A stretch of DNA of 64,000 nt from Actinomycetes bacterium (GCA_014190155.1 BJFY01000004.1:51569-115568), one strand, 5' to 3'. Positions 1 through 8,981 are shown, numbered from the stretch's first letter. The notes: generated by a model not told the origin, from the letters alone. Program-made: numbers and translations.

Positions 1-1850
1 CTGACGGGAAGCCACCGCCACGAACTTACGATTTGGAATCTGTCGTGATGCACGAAATTGCACATGGCCTTGGCTTCCTTACCTTGGCTTCCTACGATTC
101 ATTCTTTGGTTACGGAAATATCGAAGACCCAACTCCCTTCGATGCATTTACCCAACTTGCAGATGGTCGTCGCTTGATGGATCTACCTACACCTTCCCTT
201 GAATTGGGAAGTGCTTTAACAGCTCCACTTTATTGGGGCGGCGCAAATGGCGTTGCTGCTAACAATGGCAACAAACCACTGCTTTATACGCCAAAAACTT
301 ATGAAGGTGGATCTTCAGTTAGTCATCTAGATGAAAAAACATTCTCACAAAGTCTGACTGATGCAGCGATGACTCCTAATTTAGATGCGGGTGAAGTGTT
401 TAGATCACCGGGTCCGATTACTCTTGGGATGTTAGAGGATATGCGCTCCAAGCCAGGAGCCGGAATCCCAGTAGGGCTACCAGAAGCGCCACGGAATGTT
501 AAGGCAATTATTGGTGATAAGTCCGCAATAATTACTTTCGATCCGCCAGCAAACTTTCGGGCGGCACAAGTAACTTCCTACCAAGTAACTGCAAGTTTTG
601 GCGGACAAAGCGTTGAAGTTACCGATAGTCCAGCTTTAATAACAGGTTTAAGAAATGGCAGCACTTATTCATTTAAAGTATTGGCGCGTAACCAACTCGG
701 TGATTCGCCTACTGAGCCAAGTAATGCAATCTCGCCTGAAGCCGGCTGGAAGCCTTCAGTAATTGATGGAATGGCTGATGGCAAATATATATCAACAAAC
801 ATGTATAAAGGTCAGCCAATAATCGCTTATACCGATTCCAAGAACGGTGATGTGAAGGTGGCTACTTTCAACGGTAAGAGTTGGATTATTTCAACTGTAG
901 ATGGAAATAGCACATTAAACGGTAAAACTACAAACAATGTCGCTGGTGATATTTCACTTTGTGTTTCCGGTACTGGGACTAAACAAACCCTTAATCTCTT
1001 TTATCCAGATTTAGTAAACAAAGATTTACGATATGCCGAATACGATGGCAAAACCTGGACATACGAAGTTGTAGATGGTGATGCGCCAACTCTCCAAAAT
1101 TACAGCGAAAAGGTGCGAGTTCGCACCGCAAGTGATGTCAGCGTGACAAACGCATGCGCAGTAACGCAATCCGGATTACAGGTTATATATCGCGATGAAA
1201 GTCAGGGCGTATTACTCGGCGCAGTTCGCAGCATGAATAGCTGGATCTATGAATTAATAGATGGTGACCGCGCAACTGATGGTAGATCGACCGGAGATGT
1301 CGGTTTCCATTTACAAGCAGCGGTCGTTGGGAAGAAAGTTTATGTATTTTATGATTCTATTTTGATCGTAAACCAAAATAGCGAAGCAACCCAAGGCGAA
1401 GTTCGGCTAGCTACTCGTAGCACTATCTACCCTGAAGATTGGGTTTACCAAACCGTAGCCACACCTGGTGGGTCGTTGGCTGTCTCTGGCTACAACGTTG
1501 GAGTTTCAGTAGTTGGTAATCGCGTATTTGGAAGTTGGTATAGCGCATCTGGAATTACAATTCCTCATCCAAATAAAATAAATTGGGCCGTTATCTCTAA
1601 CAGTGATCCGGTGATTACCGCTTCGAGCGATGTCTACGGAACTCCGATAGGCGCTCTTGCGATAGATGATAAAGATTTGATATTTGGTTGCGAGGCTAGA
1701 CTATGCAAAATTTCTCAACTTGATCAAAGCATCCGTCTAGTATCTAACGCCAAGATGGATAAGAAAAGTGATGCGGTTTGGATAACCATCAAAAAGGTGC
1801 GTTATGCGTTAAGCAGTGTTAACGCAAAACTCACGTTGCTAAAGCCTTAA
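1..1850 (+). CDS. Secreted zinc-metalloprotease-like protein (HExxH) with Fn3 domain and C-terminal repeat module; 5' end off-window
   Basis: The frame is open from nt 3, so the listed TTG at 33 is probably internal. HExxH motif in VVMHEIAHGLGF (leishmanolysin-like HExxHxLGF), with a later SVSHLDE. Fn3-like stretch PRNVKAIIGDKSAIITF...GSTYSFKVLARNQLGDS. Four repeats W-x-[IY]-x-x-[VI]-DG-[ND] (last copy degenerate), spaced about 58-65 aa. Confidence 0.6.
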   Translation, partial: DGKPPPRTYDLESVVMHEIAHGLGFLTLASYDSFFGYGNIEDPTPFDAFTQLADGRRLMDLPTPSLELGSALTAPLYWGGANGVAANNGNKPLLYTPKTYEGGSSVSHLDEKTFSQSLTDAAMTPNLDAGEVFRSPGPITLGMLEDMRSKPGAGIPVGLPEAPRNVKAIIGDKSAIITFDPPANFRAAQVTSYQVTASFGGQSVEVTDSPALITGLRNGSTYSFKVLARNQLGDSPTEPSNAISPEAGWKPSVIDGMADGKYISTNMYKGQPIIAYTDSKNGDVKVATFNGKSWIISTVDGNSTLNGKTTNNVAGDISLCVSGTGTKQTLNLFYPDLVNKDLRYAEYDGKTWTYEVVDGDAPTLQNYSEKVRVRTASDVSVTNACAVTQSGLQVIYRDESQGVLLGAVRSMNSWIYELIDGDRATDGRSTGDVGFHLQAAVVGKKVYVFYDSILIVNQNSEATQGEVRLATRSTIYPEDWVYQTVATPGGSLAVSGYNVGVSVVGNRVFGSWYSASGITIPHPNKINWAVISNSDPVITASSDVYGTPIGALAIDDKDLIFGCEARLCKISQLDQSIRLVSNAKMDKKSDAVWITIKKVRYALSSVNAKLTLLKP

Positions 1851-1949
1851 TTACTTCTTATTTCGACGCTGAATACGTGTCTTCTTAAGTAATTTCTTAT
1901 GCTTCTTCTTCGCCATCCGCTTGCGGCGCTTCTTAATTACTGAACCCAT
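1851..1949 (-). CDS. 30S ribosomal protein bS22 (32-aa basic actinobacterial peptide)
   Basis: Not in the ORF track because it is under 60 aa. The reverse strand reads [32 protein letters not shown] then TAA. AAGGAG (1955..1960) lies 5 nt upstream of the ATG. The peptide is near-identical to the mycobacterial Rv0500B-type peptide as I recall it, which also sits near proC. Confidence 0.8.
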   Translation of the reverse strand: MGSVIKKRRKRMAKKKHKKLLKKTRIQRRNKK

Positions 1950-2006
1950 ATCAACTCCTTTACTAAATCTAGTCTTCTCGGAACCTCGATAGCCGTAGGT
2001 TACCTG

Positions 2007-3254
2007 TTATTTAACGGTGCTAGGTACAAAGGTCACCGAATACTCATTTTCAACGCCAGTTTCTGAAATTATCGAATAACCGATGGCTCTTTGATAACTA
2101 ATCGAAACAGGTGAGCGGCCGTTGCTAATACTCCGTACAGCTTTAATCGCACCTTTATTATCGAATTCTAAGAAGAGTAACGTGGCTGACTTTGGTTTCC
2201 AATTAGTTAATCTTGGAATTCCGCCTTTTGACATTAAAATTGCGCTATTTCCGGCAGTAAATGCTGAGGTGGTAGCGCTAATTCTAATACTCCAAAGTGG
2301 TTTTGTGCGTTGATTAAATTGTGTAATGGTTGCTTCACTAATTTTTGTAGATTGTGCAAAACCGCCGAGCAAATAAGAATCTGAAACACTCTCCCAGCTT
2401 CTCGAAGTTTTATGCAACGAACTTCGCACCAAACTCTGCAATACGCCTTTGCTATTTAATGTAAGAATAACACCATCAACCACTCCTACTAATTTTGTTT
2501 TTAAAATTGGATCTGCACTTTTTCCGATTAAAAAATATGTGCCATCTTGGTTCCTTAAAATTCCACGTAGCGATGTATCTCGTGCTCCAATTTTCGTAAT
2601 CACATTACAAACGTTGGCTAAATTACAAAATAAAACTTGCCCGACTCGGCCATTTGCAACCATTAGATCGCCCACTATTACTAAGCCATCGGGTGAGATA
2701 GCCAAATCTCTTGGCATTATTGGAGTAACAGATTGATATTTAATAGTTTCAATTAATTCACCTTTAGCAGAAATGTGCCAAATATTCACCGTAAGCAATC
2801 CTAAATTTTGATTGGTTTCTTTTAAAACTGTAATGGAGTCTGGGTTAATAACAATTACATTGGTTTCTGCAATTGTTAACGCAACTGAAGATTCGCTCGC
2901 GCCAAGCACCCAGAATGTATTATCGGTATCTGCTATTACCGAAGTTGCGATATCTTCTAAGCCACCGCCAAGGCGTGAGCCCCAAATTAGCGCGCCATTT
3001 TGGGCAATTTTTCCGATAAATCCATCAGTCTTGCCTAAGCCGTTACCTGATACTAATTTCTGATTACTGGTTTCACCGATTGTTCCGACGAGTACTACTC
3101 CGCTACTTGTATAGATGCTCTTAACGATTGAACTATTTGAGCCTAACGAAAATGTGGTGGCCGGAGTGGTGGCACTTACTTTAATTGGGGTTACTGAATT
3201 TGCGGTCGGAACGGAAACAGCGATAAAAAACGCTAGAGCCAAACGAAATTTCAA
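2007..3254 (-). CDS. Secreted hypothetical protein, beta-propeller-like repeats
   Basis: 415-aa ORF with signal peptide MKFRLALAFFIAVSVPTANS. Gly/Ser/Thr-rich repeats (GKTDGFIGKIAQNGALIWG, EDIATSVIADTDNTFWVLG). No catalytic motif recognised. Its start overlaps the proC stop by 4 nt. Confidence 0.55.
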   Translation of the reverse strand: MKFRLALAFFIAVSVPTANSVTPIKVSATTPATTFSLGSNSSIVKSIYTSSGVVLVGTIGETSNQKLVSGNGLGKTDGFIGKIAQNGALIWGSRLGGGLEDIATSVIADTDNTFWVLGASESSVALTIAETNVIVINPDSITVLKETNQNLGLLTVNIWHISAKGELIETIKYQSVTPIMPRDLAISPDGLVIVGDLMVANGRVGQVLFCNLANVCNVITKIGARDTSLRGILRNQDGTYFLIGKSADPILKTKLVGVVDGVILTLNSKGVLQSLVRSSLHKTSRSWESVSDSYLLGGFAQSTKISEATITQFNQRTKPLWSIRISATTSAFTAGNSAILMSKGGIPRLTNWKPKSATLLFLEFDNKGAIKAVRSISNGRSPVSISYQRAIGYSIISETGVENEYSVTFVPSTVK

Positions 3255-4057
3255 GCAAGCTCCTGCGATCTATCTCGAGCAGCTTTAAGTGCAGCGCTAA
3301 TTATTTCACCAGTATTTGCCTGGTAAAACGTTTCTAACGCAGCTGCAGTTGTACCTTTAGGGCTAGTTACATTCTCACGCAGAGTTGTTGGGCTCTTTCC
3401 ACTTTCATTTAACATAGCCGCTGCCCCAGTAATTGTTTGAATTGTTAATTTAGTTGCAGCAGCTTCGGAGAGTCCAAGAGCAATTGCGCCTTTAATCATC
3501 TCTTCAACAAAGTAGAAGAAATATGCGGGACCAGATCCGCTTGTTGCGGTAACAGCATCTTGAAGTTCTTCAGCCAAAACTATTACTTCACCACTTGACG
3601 CTAAGAAATTAGTTACAAAATCTATATCAGATTCTCTGGCATGAGTTCCACCCGAAATCGCAGCCATACCTTTTCCAACAAGCGTCGGGGTATTTGGCAT
3701 CACTCGAATTACTGGCGTACCTGGCTTAACTCGTTCTTCAATAAACGCACTCCGCTTGCCAGCAGCAAAAGTAACTAAGAGCGTGGTCGCAGGAATTGTT
3801 GGAGATATCGTTTCAATCAAAGCACCCATATCTTGCGGTTTGACCACTAATAAAATGGCATCACAATCTGTTGCAATATTCTCGATGGTTGATGGTGTAA
3901 CTCGGTATTTATTTTGGAGTTCACTGAGACGTTCGACACGCTTATCTGCAATGCAAATTGCAGACGGGGCCGAACCCGAATTAATTAGGCCCGCTACTAA
4001 AGCTTCGCCCATCACACCAACTCCAATGACACCGATACAATTTCGAGAATTACGCAT
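3251..4057 (-). CDS. proC: Pyrroline-5-carboxylate reductase
   Basis: Rossmann motif IGVIGVGVMGEAL. Conserved C-terminal SPKGTTAAAL. Length of 268 aa is typical. Confidence 0.9.
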   Translation of the reverse strand: MRNSRNCIGVIGVGVMGEALVAGLINSGSAPSAICIADKRVERLSELQNKYRVTPSTIENIATDCDAILLVVKPQDMGALIETISPTIPATTLLVTFAAGKRSAFIEERVKPGTPVIRVMPNTPTLVGKGMAAISGGTHARESDIDFVTNFLASSGEVIVLAEELQDAVTATSGSGPAYFFYFVEEMIKGAIALGLSEAAATKLTIQTITGAAAMLNESGKSPTTLRENVTSPKGTTAAALETFYQANTGEIISAALKAARDRSQELA

Positions 4058-4080
4058 GTGACAAGCGTACCCATAAGCCC

Positions 4081-4087
4081 TAGGCTA
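4081..4087. promoter_or_regulatory. Overlapping face-to-face -10 candidates in the 31-37-nt proC / Cys-rich-gene spacer
   Basis: The plus strand has TAGGCT (4081..4086), 8 nt before ATG 4095. The minus strand has TAGCCT (4087..4082), 24 nt before the proC ATG at 4057. Both sit on the CCTAGG core of AGCCCTAGGCTA. Confidence 0.3.
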
Positions 4088-4088
4088 T

Positions 4089-4901
4089 GTGGTTATGCCC
4101 GAGGTACATCCGAATTTTGCGCGTGAGTGGATTGAATTTATTGATCCTGCTAACCCTGCTGAATTATTTAAATGCGATTTAACTTGGCTAACTTCGTATT
4201 GGACCTGCATTTTTGGAAATGGTTGCAAAGGCCTTGAGGCGGATCAACCTGATAATGGATGTTGTGCTGATGGTGCTTACTATTCAAGTGAAGATGATGA
4301 AGCGCGCACCTTAAAAGCTGCGGCACGCTTAACTCCCGCAATATGGCAATTTTATGATGAAGCCCAACCTAAGAAAAAAGATGGCACTTTGAAGATTTCT
4401 GAGATTGGTCTTGATAAAGATCGCAAAACTCGTAAAGTGGATAATTCTTGTATTTTCTTAAATCGTAAGGATTTTTCACGCGATGGCTTTGTTGGAAATC
4501 ACGGTTGTGCGTTACATCAATTAGCACTTGATGAGAAAATTCATTTTGTAGAAACTAAACCTGATGTTTGTTGGCAACTTCCAATTCGTAGATCATTTGA
4601 AATCCGCGAATTCGGAGATGACAAAGTATCCGTAACTGTCATTGGCGAGTACGAACGACTTGCTTGGGGTGAAGGTGGCGTAGATTTTGATTGGTATTGC
4701 ACTAGCAATACTGAAGCGCATGTTGGTCGGGAACCGGTTTATCTTTCAAACAAGATAGAGTTAGTTGCATTAATGGGCGCGCCTGCATATAAAGAACTTG
4801 CCCGTCATTGTGATAACCGAATGGCGGCGTTGAAATCAACGCGACGGAAGACGCTCCCGCTCTTTGTGGTCCATCCAGCCACAGTTCAAGCGCGTAGCTA
4901 A
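4089..4901 (+). CDS. Conserved Cys-rich protein of unknown function (possible metal/Fe-S binding)
   Basis: 270-aa ORF with clustered Cys: CIFGNGCKG, NGCCADG, NSCIFLN, HGCALH, DVCWQ. In-frame starts are GTG 4089 or ATG 4095, and ATG 4095 fits a leaderless layout. Function not recognised. Confidence 0.65.
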   Translation: MVMPEVHPNFAREWIEFIDPANPAELFKCDLTWLTSYWTCIFGNGCKGLEADQPDNGCCADGAYYSSEDDEARTLKAAARLTPAIWQFYDEAQPKKKDGTLKISEIGLDKDRKTRKVDNSCIFLNRKDFSRDGFVGNHGCALHQLALDEKIHFVETKPDVCWQLPIRRSFEIREFGDDKVSVTVIGEYERLAWGEGGVDFDWYCTSNTEAHVGREPVYLSNKIELVALMGAPAYKELARHCDNRMAALKSTRRKTLPLFVVHPATVQARS

Positions 4902-4923
4902 AGCGCAAGTCAGCCCTAGGTTC

Positions 4924-4929
4924 TAGGCT
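4924..4929 (+). promoter_or_regulatory. Candidate -10 box TAGGCT exactly 6 nt upstream of the radA ATG (leaderless layout)
   Basis: TAGGCTtcgagcATG. No SD. The upstream 4908..4915 sequence AGTCAgcc, followed by an 8-nt spacer, partially resembles the mycobacterial RecA-independent damage promoter. Confidence 0.35.
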
Positions 4930-4935
4930 TCGAGC

Positions 4936-6318
4936 ATGGCAAAGAGCACCGCACCAAAACCGCTAAAAGACCCATTCCGATGCGCAGAATGCGGTTGGAG
5001 TACTAATAAATGGGTTGGCCGCTGTGGCGAATGCCAAGCGTGGGGAACCGTTGAAGAGATAGCTGCTCCTAAAAAACTTTCGCTAATTGCAACTTCAGTT
5101 ACAAATGCAGCGCTCCCAATTGGTGATGTTGCTATCGAGAGTGCGCGAGCGCGAACTAGCGGAGTTCCCGAGTTAGATCGAGTTCTTGGTGGCGGTTTAG
5201 TTCCTGGCGCGGCAATTTTATTAGCAGGTGAGCCAGGTGTTGGTAAATCAACTTTACTTTTAACGGTTGCGGCCGAAAGCGCACGTCGTGGTTTAACAAC
5301 TTTATATATCAGTGGCGAAGAATCTACTTCTCAAGTTCGACTTCGTGCCGAACGACTTGGCGCGCTCGACAAAGAACTCTGGTTAGCATCCGAAACTGAA
5401 CTTGGTTCGGTAATTTCACATATTGATGAAGTAGAACCTGCGCTACTAATTATCGATAGCATCCAAACAATTGGAAGTGCCGCAGTTGATTCCGCGCCTG
5501 GCGGTGTTACCCAAGTACGCGAAGTTGCTGCCGCGTTAATTCGGTTATGTAAAGAGCGCGCTATAACTTTAGTTTTGGTGGGGCATGTAACTAAGGATGG
5601 TTCTATTGCTGGACCAAGATTATTAGAACATGTAGTAGATGTAGTTTTGCAATTCGAGGGCGAGCGTCATTCGAGATTACGATTAATCCGTGCCATTAAA
5701 AATCGTTATGGTGCTAGTGATGAAGTTGGATGTTTTGATTTACATGATGGTGGCATCGAAGGGCTTCCTGACCCAACTGGTTTATTTACAACGCGTCATA
5801 TTGATCCGGTTCCTGGAACATGCGTAACCGTAACTCTCGAAGGTCGCCGCCCATTACTTGCCGAAATCCAAGCGTTAGTTAGCGCTGCTAAAGATGTTGA
5901 TTATGGAAATGCTAGACGTGTAACCAGTGGACTAGATAATTCACGAACCGCGATGACGCTCGCCGTTTTAGAACTACGTGCCGGAATACGCTTAACGGGG
6001 CGGGATGTTTACGCCGCTACTGTCGGCGGGATGAAAATGACCGAACCTGCAGCCGATTTAGCGTTAGCGCTAGCTGTTGCATCCGCCGCTAAAGGTTTAG
6101 CGCTCCCCGCAGATTTAGTCGCCATCGGTGAAGTTGGATTGGCTGGTGAAATTCGTAAAGTAAGTGGCGTGCAACGGCGCTTACAAGAAGCGCATCGACT
6201 TGGCTTTAAACGCGCGTTAGTCCCTCTCGGATCTGAAGCCAAGCTAGATGGGATGGAAATCTTAGAAGTTGCGCGATTAGAACAGGCGATTTCTCGAGTA
6301 AAAATTCAAAACGGATAA
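4936..6318 (+). CDS. radA: DNA repair protein RadA/Sms
   Basis: N-terminal zinc finger CAECGWSTNKWVGRCGECQAWG. Walker A GEPGVGKST. KNRYG motif. Lon-protease-like C-terminal domain. Confidence 0.95.
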   Translation: MAKSTAPKPLKDPFRCAECGWSTNKWVGRCGECQAWGTVEEIAAPKKLSLIATSVTNAALPIGDVAIESARARTSGVPELDRVLGGGLVPGAAILLAGEPGVGKSTLLLTVAAESARRGLTTLYISGEESTSQVRLRAERLGALDKELWLASETELGSVISHIDEVEPALLIIDSIQTIGSAAVDSAPGGVTQVREVAAALIRLCKERAITLVLVGHVTKDGSIAGPRLLEHVVDVVLQFEGERHSRLRLIRAIKNRYGASDEVGCFDLHDGGIEGLPDPTGLFTTRHIDPVPGTCVTVTLEGRRPLLAEIQALVSAAKDVDYGNARRVTSGLDNSRTAMTLAVLELRAGIRLTGRDVYAATVGGMKMTEPAADLALALAVASAAKGLALPADLVAIGEVGLAGEIRKVSGVQRRLQEAHRLGFKRALVPLGSEAKLDGMEILEVARLEQAISRVKIQNG

Positions 6319-6323
6319 TTTTT

Positions 6324-7211
6324 TTAAATTAAATTTTCAGCTGCAATCTCAGCAGCTCGATTAGCGATTCGTACTTTAGAAAGCGAAACCTCTCGACCAA
6401 TACCGATATTAATTAAGTCAATTATTGATTCACCAGCTTCAGCGATACCTCCAGCAAATATAACGGGAAGTTCAGATTTGCCAATCACTGAATCTATTTG
6501 TAAAACTAAATCAATTAAATAATCAGCTGCTATCGCAAGAATATCCTGTGCGGCTAGATCGCCCTTATTTGCAAGTACAATTACTGGCTTGGCAAGTGCG
6601 GCAATCGCTGATCTATCTTTAGAATATACAAACTCTTTTATTCCATTCCAATCTTTGCATTTAGTAAAATCTAGTACTTCAGCTTCTAGCGAACCTTTTG
6701 TAATTGCACTTTTAGTATCTATTGCAGTTAAGGTCCGCCTAATTGCTTCACGGCCAATCCAATACCCGGCACCTTCATCGCCTAGTAAATATCCCCAACC
6801 ACCAGCCCTTACGACTTTTCCAGTTTCAGTCATATAAATTGCGATTGATCCAGTTCCTGCATATAAGAAAACTCCTTCACCAAATTCAAAATGTGCACGA
6901 TAACCAAGGACCATATCAATCACGATCTCTATCTCAATTTCGCCAAATACTGATTGAAATATTTTGATAATCTCGCCATTATTTTCCGGATCTGAGCTAG
7001 TACCAGTTATCCCCGCATAGACCGAAGCTATTTTTTCGTCTCCTGCAGCAGACTTAATCTCATTAAGAACTTTTAGTAAGCGAGCTTTAGATTCTGGTCG
7101 ATAAACGTGACCGTCGATCGGTTCGGAAACGCCTGCTGTTATCGAACCTTTTTGATCGCGTAACGCCCATTTTGCTGCGGTAGCGCCGCCATCAATTCCC
7201 AATGTGAACAT
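6324..7211 (-). CDS. BadF/BadG/BcrA/BcrD-family sugar kinase (GlcNAc/MurNAc kinase-like)
   Basis: N-terminal GIDGGATAAKWAL and GWGYLLGDEGAGYWIG motifs of the ATPase/kinase family. Last gene of the murQ-murR-ABC array. Confidence 0.7.
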   Translation of the reverse strand: MFTLGIDGGATAAKWALRDQKGSITAGVSEPIDGHVYRPESKARLLKVLNEIKSAAGDEKIASVYAGITGTSSDPENNGEIIKIFQSVFGEIEIEIVIDMVLGYRAHFEFGEGVFLYAGTGSIAIYMTETGKVVRAGGWGYLLGDEGAGYWIGREAIRRTLTAIDTKSAITKGSLEAEVLDFTKCKDWNGIKEFVYSKDRSAIAALAKPVIVLANKGDLAAQDILAIAADYLIDLVLQIDSVIGKSELPVIFAGGIAEAGESIIDLINIGIGREVSLSKVRIANRAAEIAAENLI

Positions 7212-7215
7212 CGCG

Positions 7216-8043
7216 TTAGCCTTTCACAGCGCCTGCTGTTAATCCCTTAATGAACTGCTCCGAAATGATCAAATAGAGCGTAATTAATGGAAGTGCGGCA
7301 ATCATCAAGCCTGCAAAGATGATGCCCCATTGCGATGAGTACTCTCCAAAAAATGCAGTCAATCCCTGCATGATGGTTTTCTTCTCTGGCGATTGTAAGA
7401 AAACTAGCGGCAAGAAGAAATCGTTCCAAATTGGGATAGCTGAATAAATTGCAACAATTGCAAGACCAGGTCTAACTAGTGGGGTAAGTACAACTCGCAA
7501 CAATTGAAATTCTGATGCGCCATCGATTCGAGCTGCATTATCCAGATCAGACGGTAGCGCGCTAAAAAATCCACTCATGATAAAAATTGCTGCTGGCAGT
7601 GCGCCAGATGTGTAAACTAGAATTAAACCAATATGTGAGTCTAAAAGGTGCATCCATTTAAGTTGGATAAAGAGTGGCAAAATTGCTAACTTCGCTGGTA
7701 TCAACATGCCAGAGAGAATAAAACCGAGAATTAATGAGTGGCCTTTAAATTTATATCGCCCCAAAACAAAACCAGCGCCTAATGAAAGTAGTAATATTAA
7801 AATTAAAGATCCACCTGTAACAACTAAAGAATTCTTCATGTAAGTAGGAAAAGTACCGCCAGCCCAAACATTTTTGAAATTTTGCCAGTAAGGATTGGAG
7901 GCAAGCTTCATTGGTGAACGCGCAAAATCATTAGTCTCTCGTAATGAAGAATTCACAATAAACAAGAGCGGCAAAATTACGATTATAGTATTAAAGATTA
8001 GAATTGCACGAAAGAATAACTTTGAGGCAAATAATTTAATCAC
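7216..8043 (-). CDS. Carbohydrate ABC transporter permease
   Basis: Six predicted TM segments. EAA loop ARIDGASEFQLLRVVLTPLVRPGL. 4-nt overlap with the upstream permease. Confidence 0.85.
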   Translation of the reverse strand: MIKLFASKLFFRAILIFNTIIVILPLLFIVNSSLRETNDFARSPMKLASNPYWQNFKNVWAGGTFPTYMKNSLVVTGGSLILILLLSLGAGFVLGRYKFKGHSLILGFILSGMLIPAKLAILPLFIQLKWMHLLDSHIGLILVYTSGALPAAIFIMSGFFSALPSDLDNAARIDGASEFQLLRVVLTPLVRPGLAIVAIYSAIPIWNDFFLPLVFLQSPEKKTIMQGLTAFFGEYSSQWGIIFAGLMIAALPLITLYLIISEQFIKGLTAGAVKG

Positions 8044-8960
8044 ATCTGCACCTCGCGAGAGCGCAAATATTTAGAACCAAATCCTGCGCCAATTCCAACA
8101 ATAGTAAATATCAATACCCCGAGTGCAGCACCGATTCCAATTTCATTTGCGCCAGAATCAACCGAACCGAAAGATAATCGGTAGAACATCAGAGCAAGCG
8201 TGTCGGTTGCACCAGCCGGACTACCGGAAGAACCGCCTAAAACATAAGGTAAATCAAACCATTCAAATGCGCCGATGAAAGTTAAAACTGTAACGATCGT
8301 CATTGATGGCGCTAATAATGGAAACATTATTTTACGAAATATTTGACCCTCACTTGCGCCATCTATTTTAGCAGCTTCTAAATATTCGCTATTGATTGCA
8401 TTTAGTCCGGCAAGAAAAATGATTGCGGGAAACCCAACCCAGCGCCATAAGTTAATAAAGACCAATGTAGGCAAGGCTGTTGCAGTACTGCCAAGCCAAG
8501 TAAGAGCTAGCGAATCCCAGCCAACTTTATGAAGCAAATAATTTATCGGACCATAAAATGGGTCGAGCATTGCTTGCCACATATACCCAACAATTACTAA
8601 AGAAAAAATGACTGGCAAGAAAATTACTGTCCTAAAAAATCTTTGTCCGCGCTTTAATCTATAAAGCGCATAAGCAATTAAAATTCCGAGAGATGTTTGA
8701 ATTATTAGAATTCCGATGAAAACTAGGGTGTTATGTCGCATCGCCATAAATAGCGAGTCTCTAAAGGGAAATGCAAAAAGCCTTCTAAAGTTTTCGATTC
8801 CGGCAAAACTGCCACGTTGGAATCCAGTCCAATGAAAAAACGAATAACTTAAAGTAGTTAGCGCAGGTAAGCTAGTAAAAATAATAATGGTTAATATCGC
8901 TGGAAGCAGCAACAAATAAGTAAACCTTTGTTGATCTCGTTTTAATCCAGATTTAGCCAT
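8040..8960 (-). CDS. Carbohydrate ABC transporter permease
   Basis: Multi-TM protein with EAA loop AKIDGASEGQIFRKIMFPLLAPSM. Confidence 0.85.
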   Translation of the reverse strand: MAKSGLKRDQQRFTYLLLLPAILTIIIFTSLPALTTLSYSFFHWTGFQRGSFAGIENFRRLFAFPFRDSLFMAMRHNTLVFIGILIIQTSLGILIAYALYRLKRGQRFFRTVIFLPVIFSLVIVGYMWQAMLDPFYGPINYLLHKVGWDSLALTWLGSTATALPTLVFINLWRWVGFPAIIFLAGLNAINSEYLEAAKIDGASEGQIFRKIMFPLLAPSMTIVTVLTFIGAFEWFDLPYVLGGSSGSPAGATDTLALMFYRLSFGSVDSGANEIGIGAALGVLIFTIVGIGAGFGSKYLRSREVQM

Positions 8961-8981
8961 TGCTCATCTCTTTTTGCCTTA

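Noticed and set aside
6319-6323. AT-only palindrome TAATTTttttAAATTA around the radA/kinase convergent junction as a bidirectional terminator.
   Set aside because: The stem would be 6 A-T pairs that overlap both stop codons, which is too weak to call.
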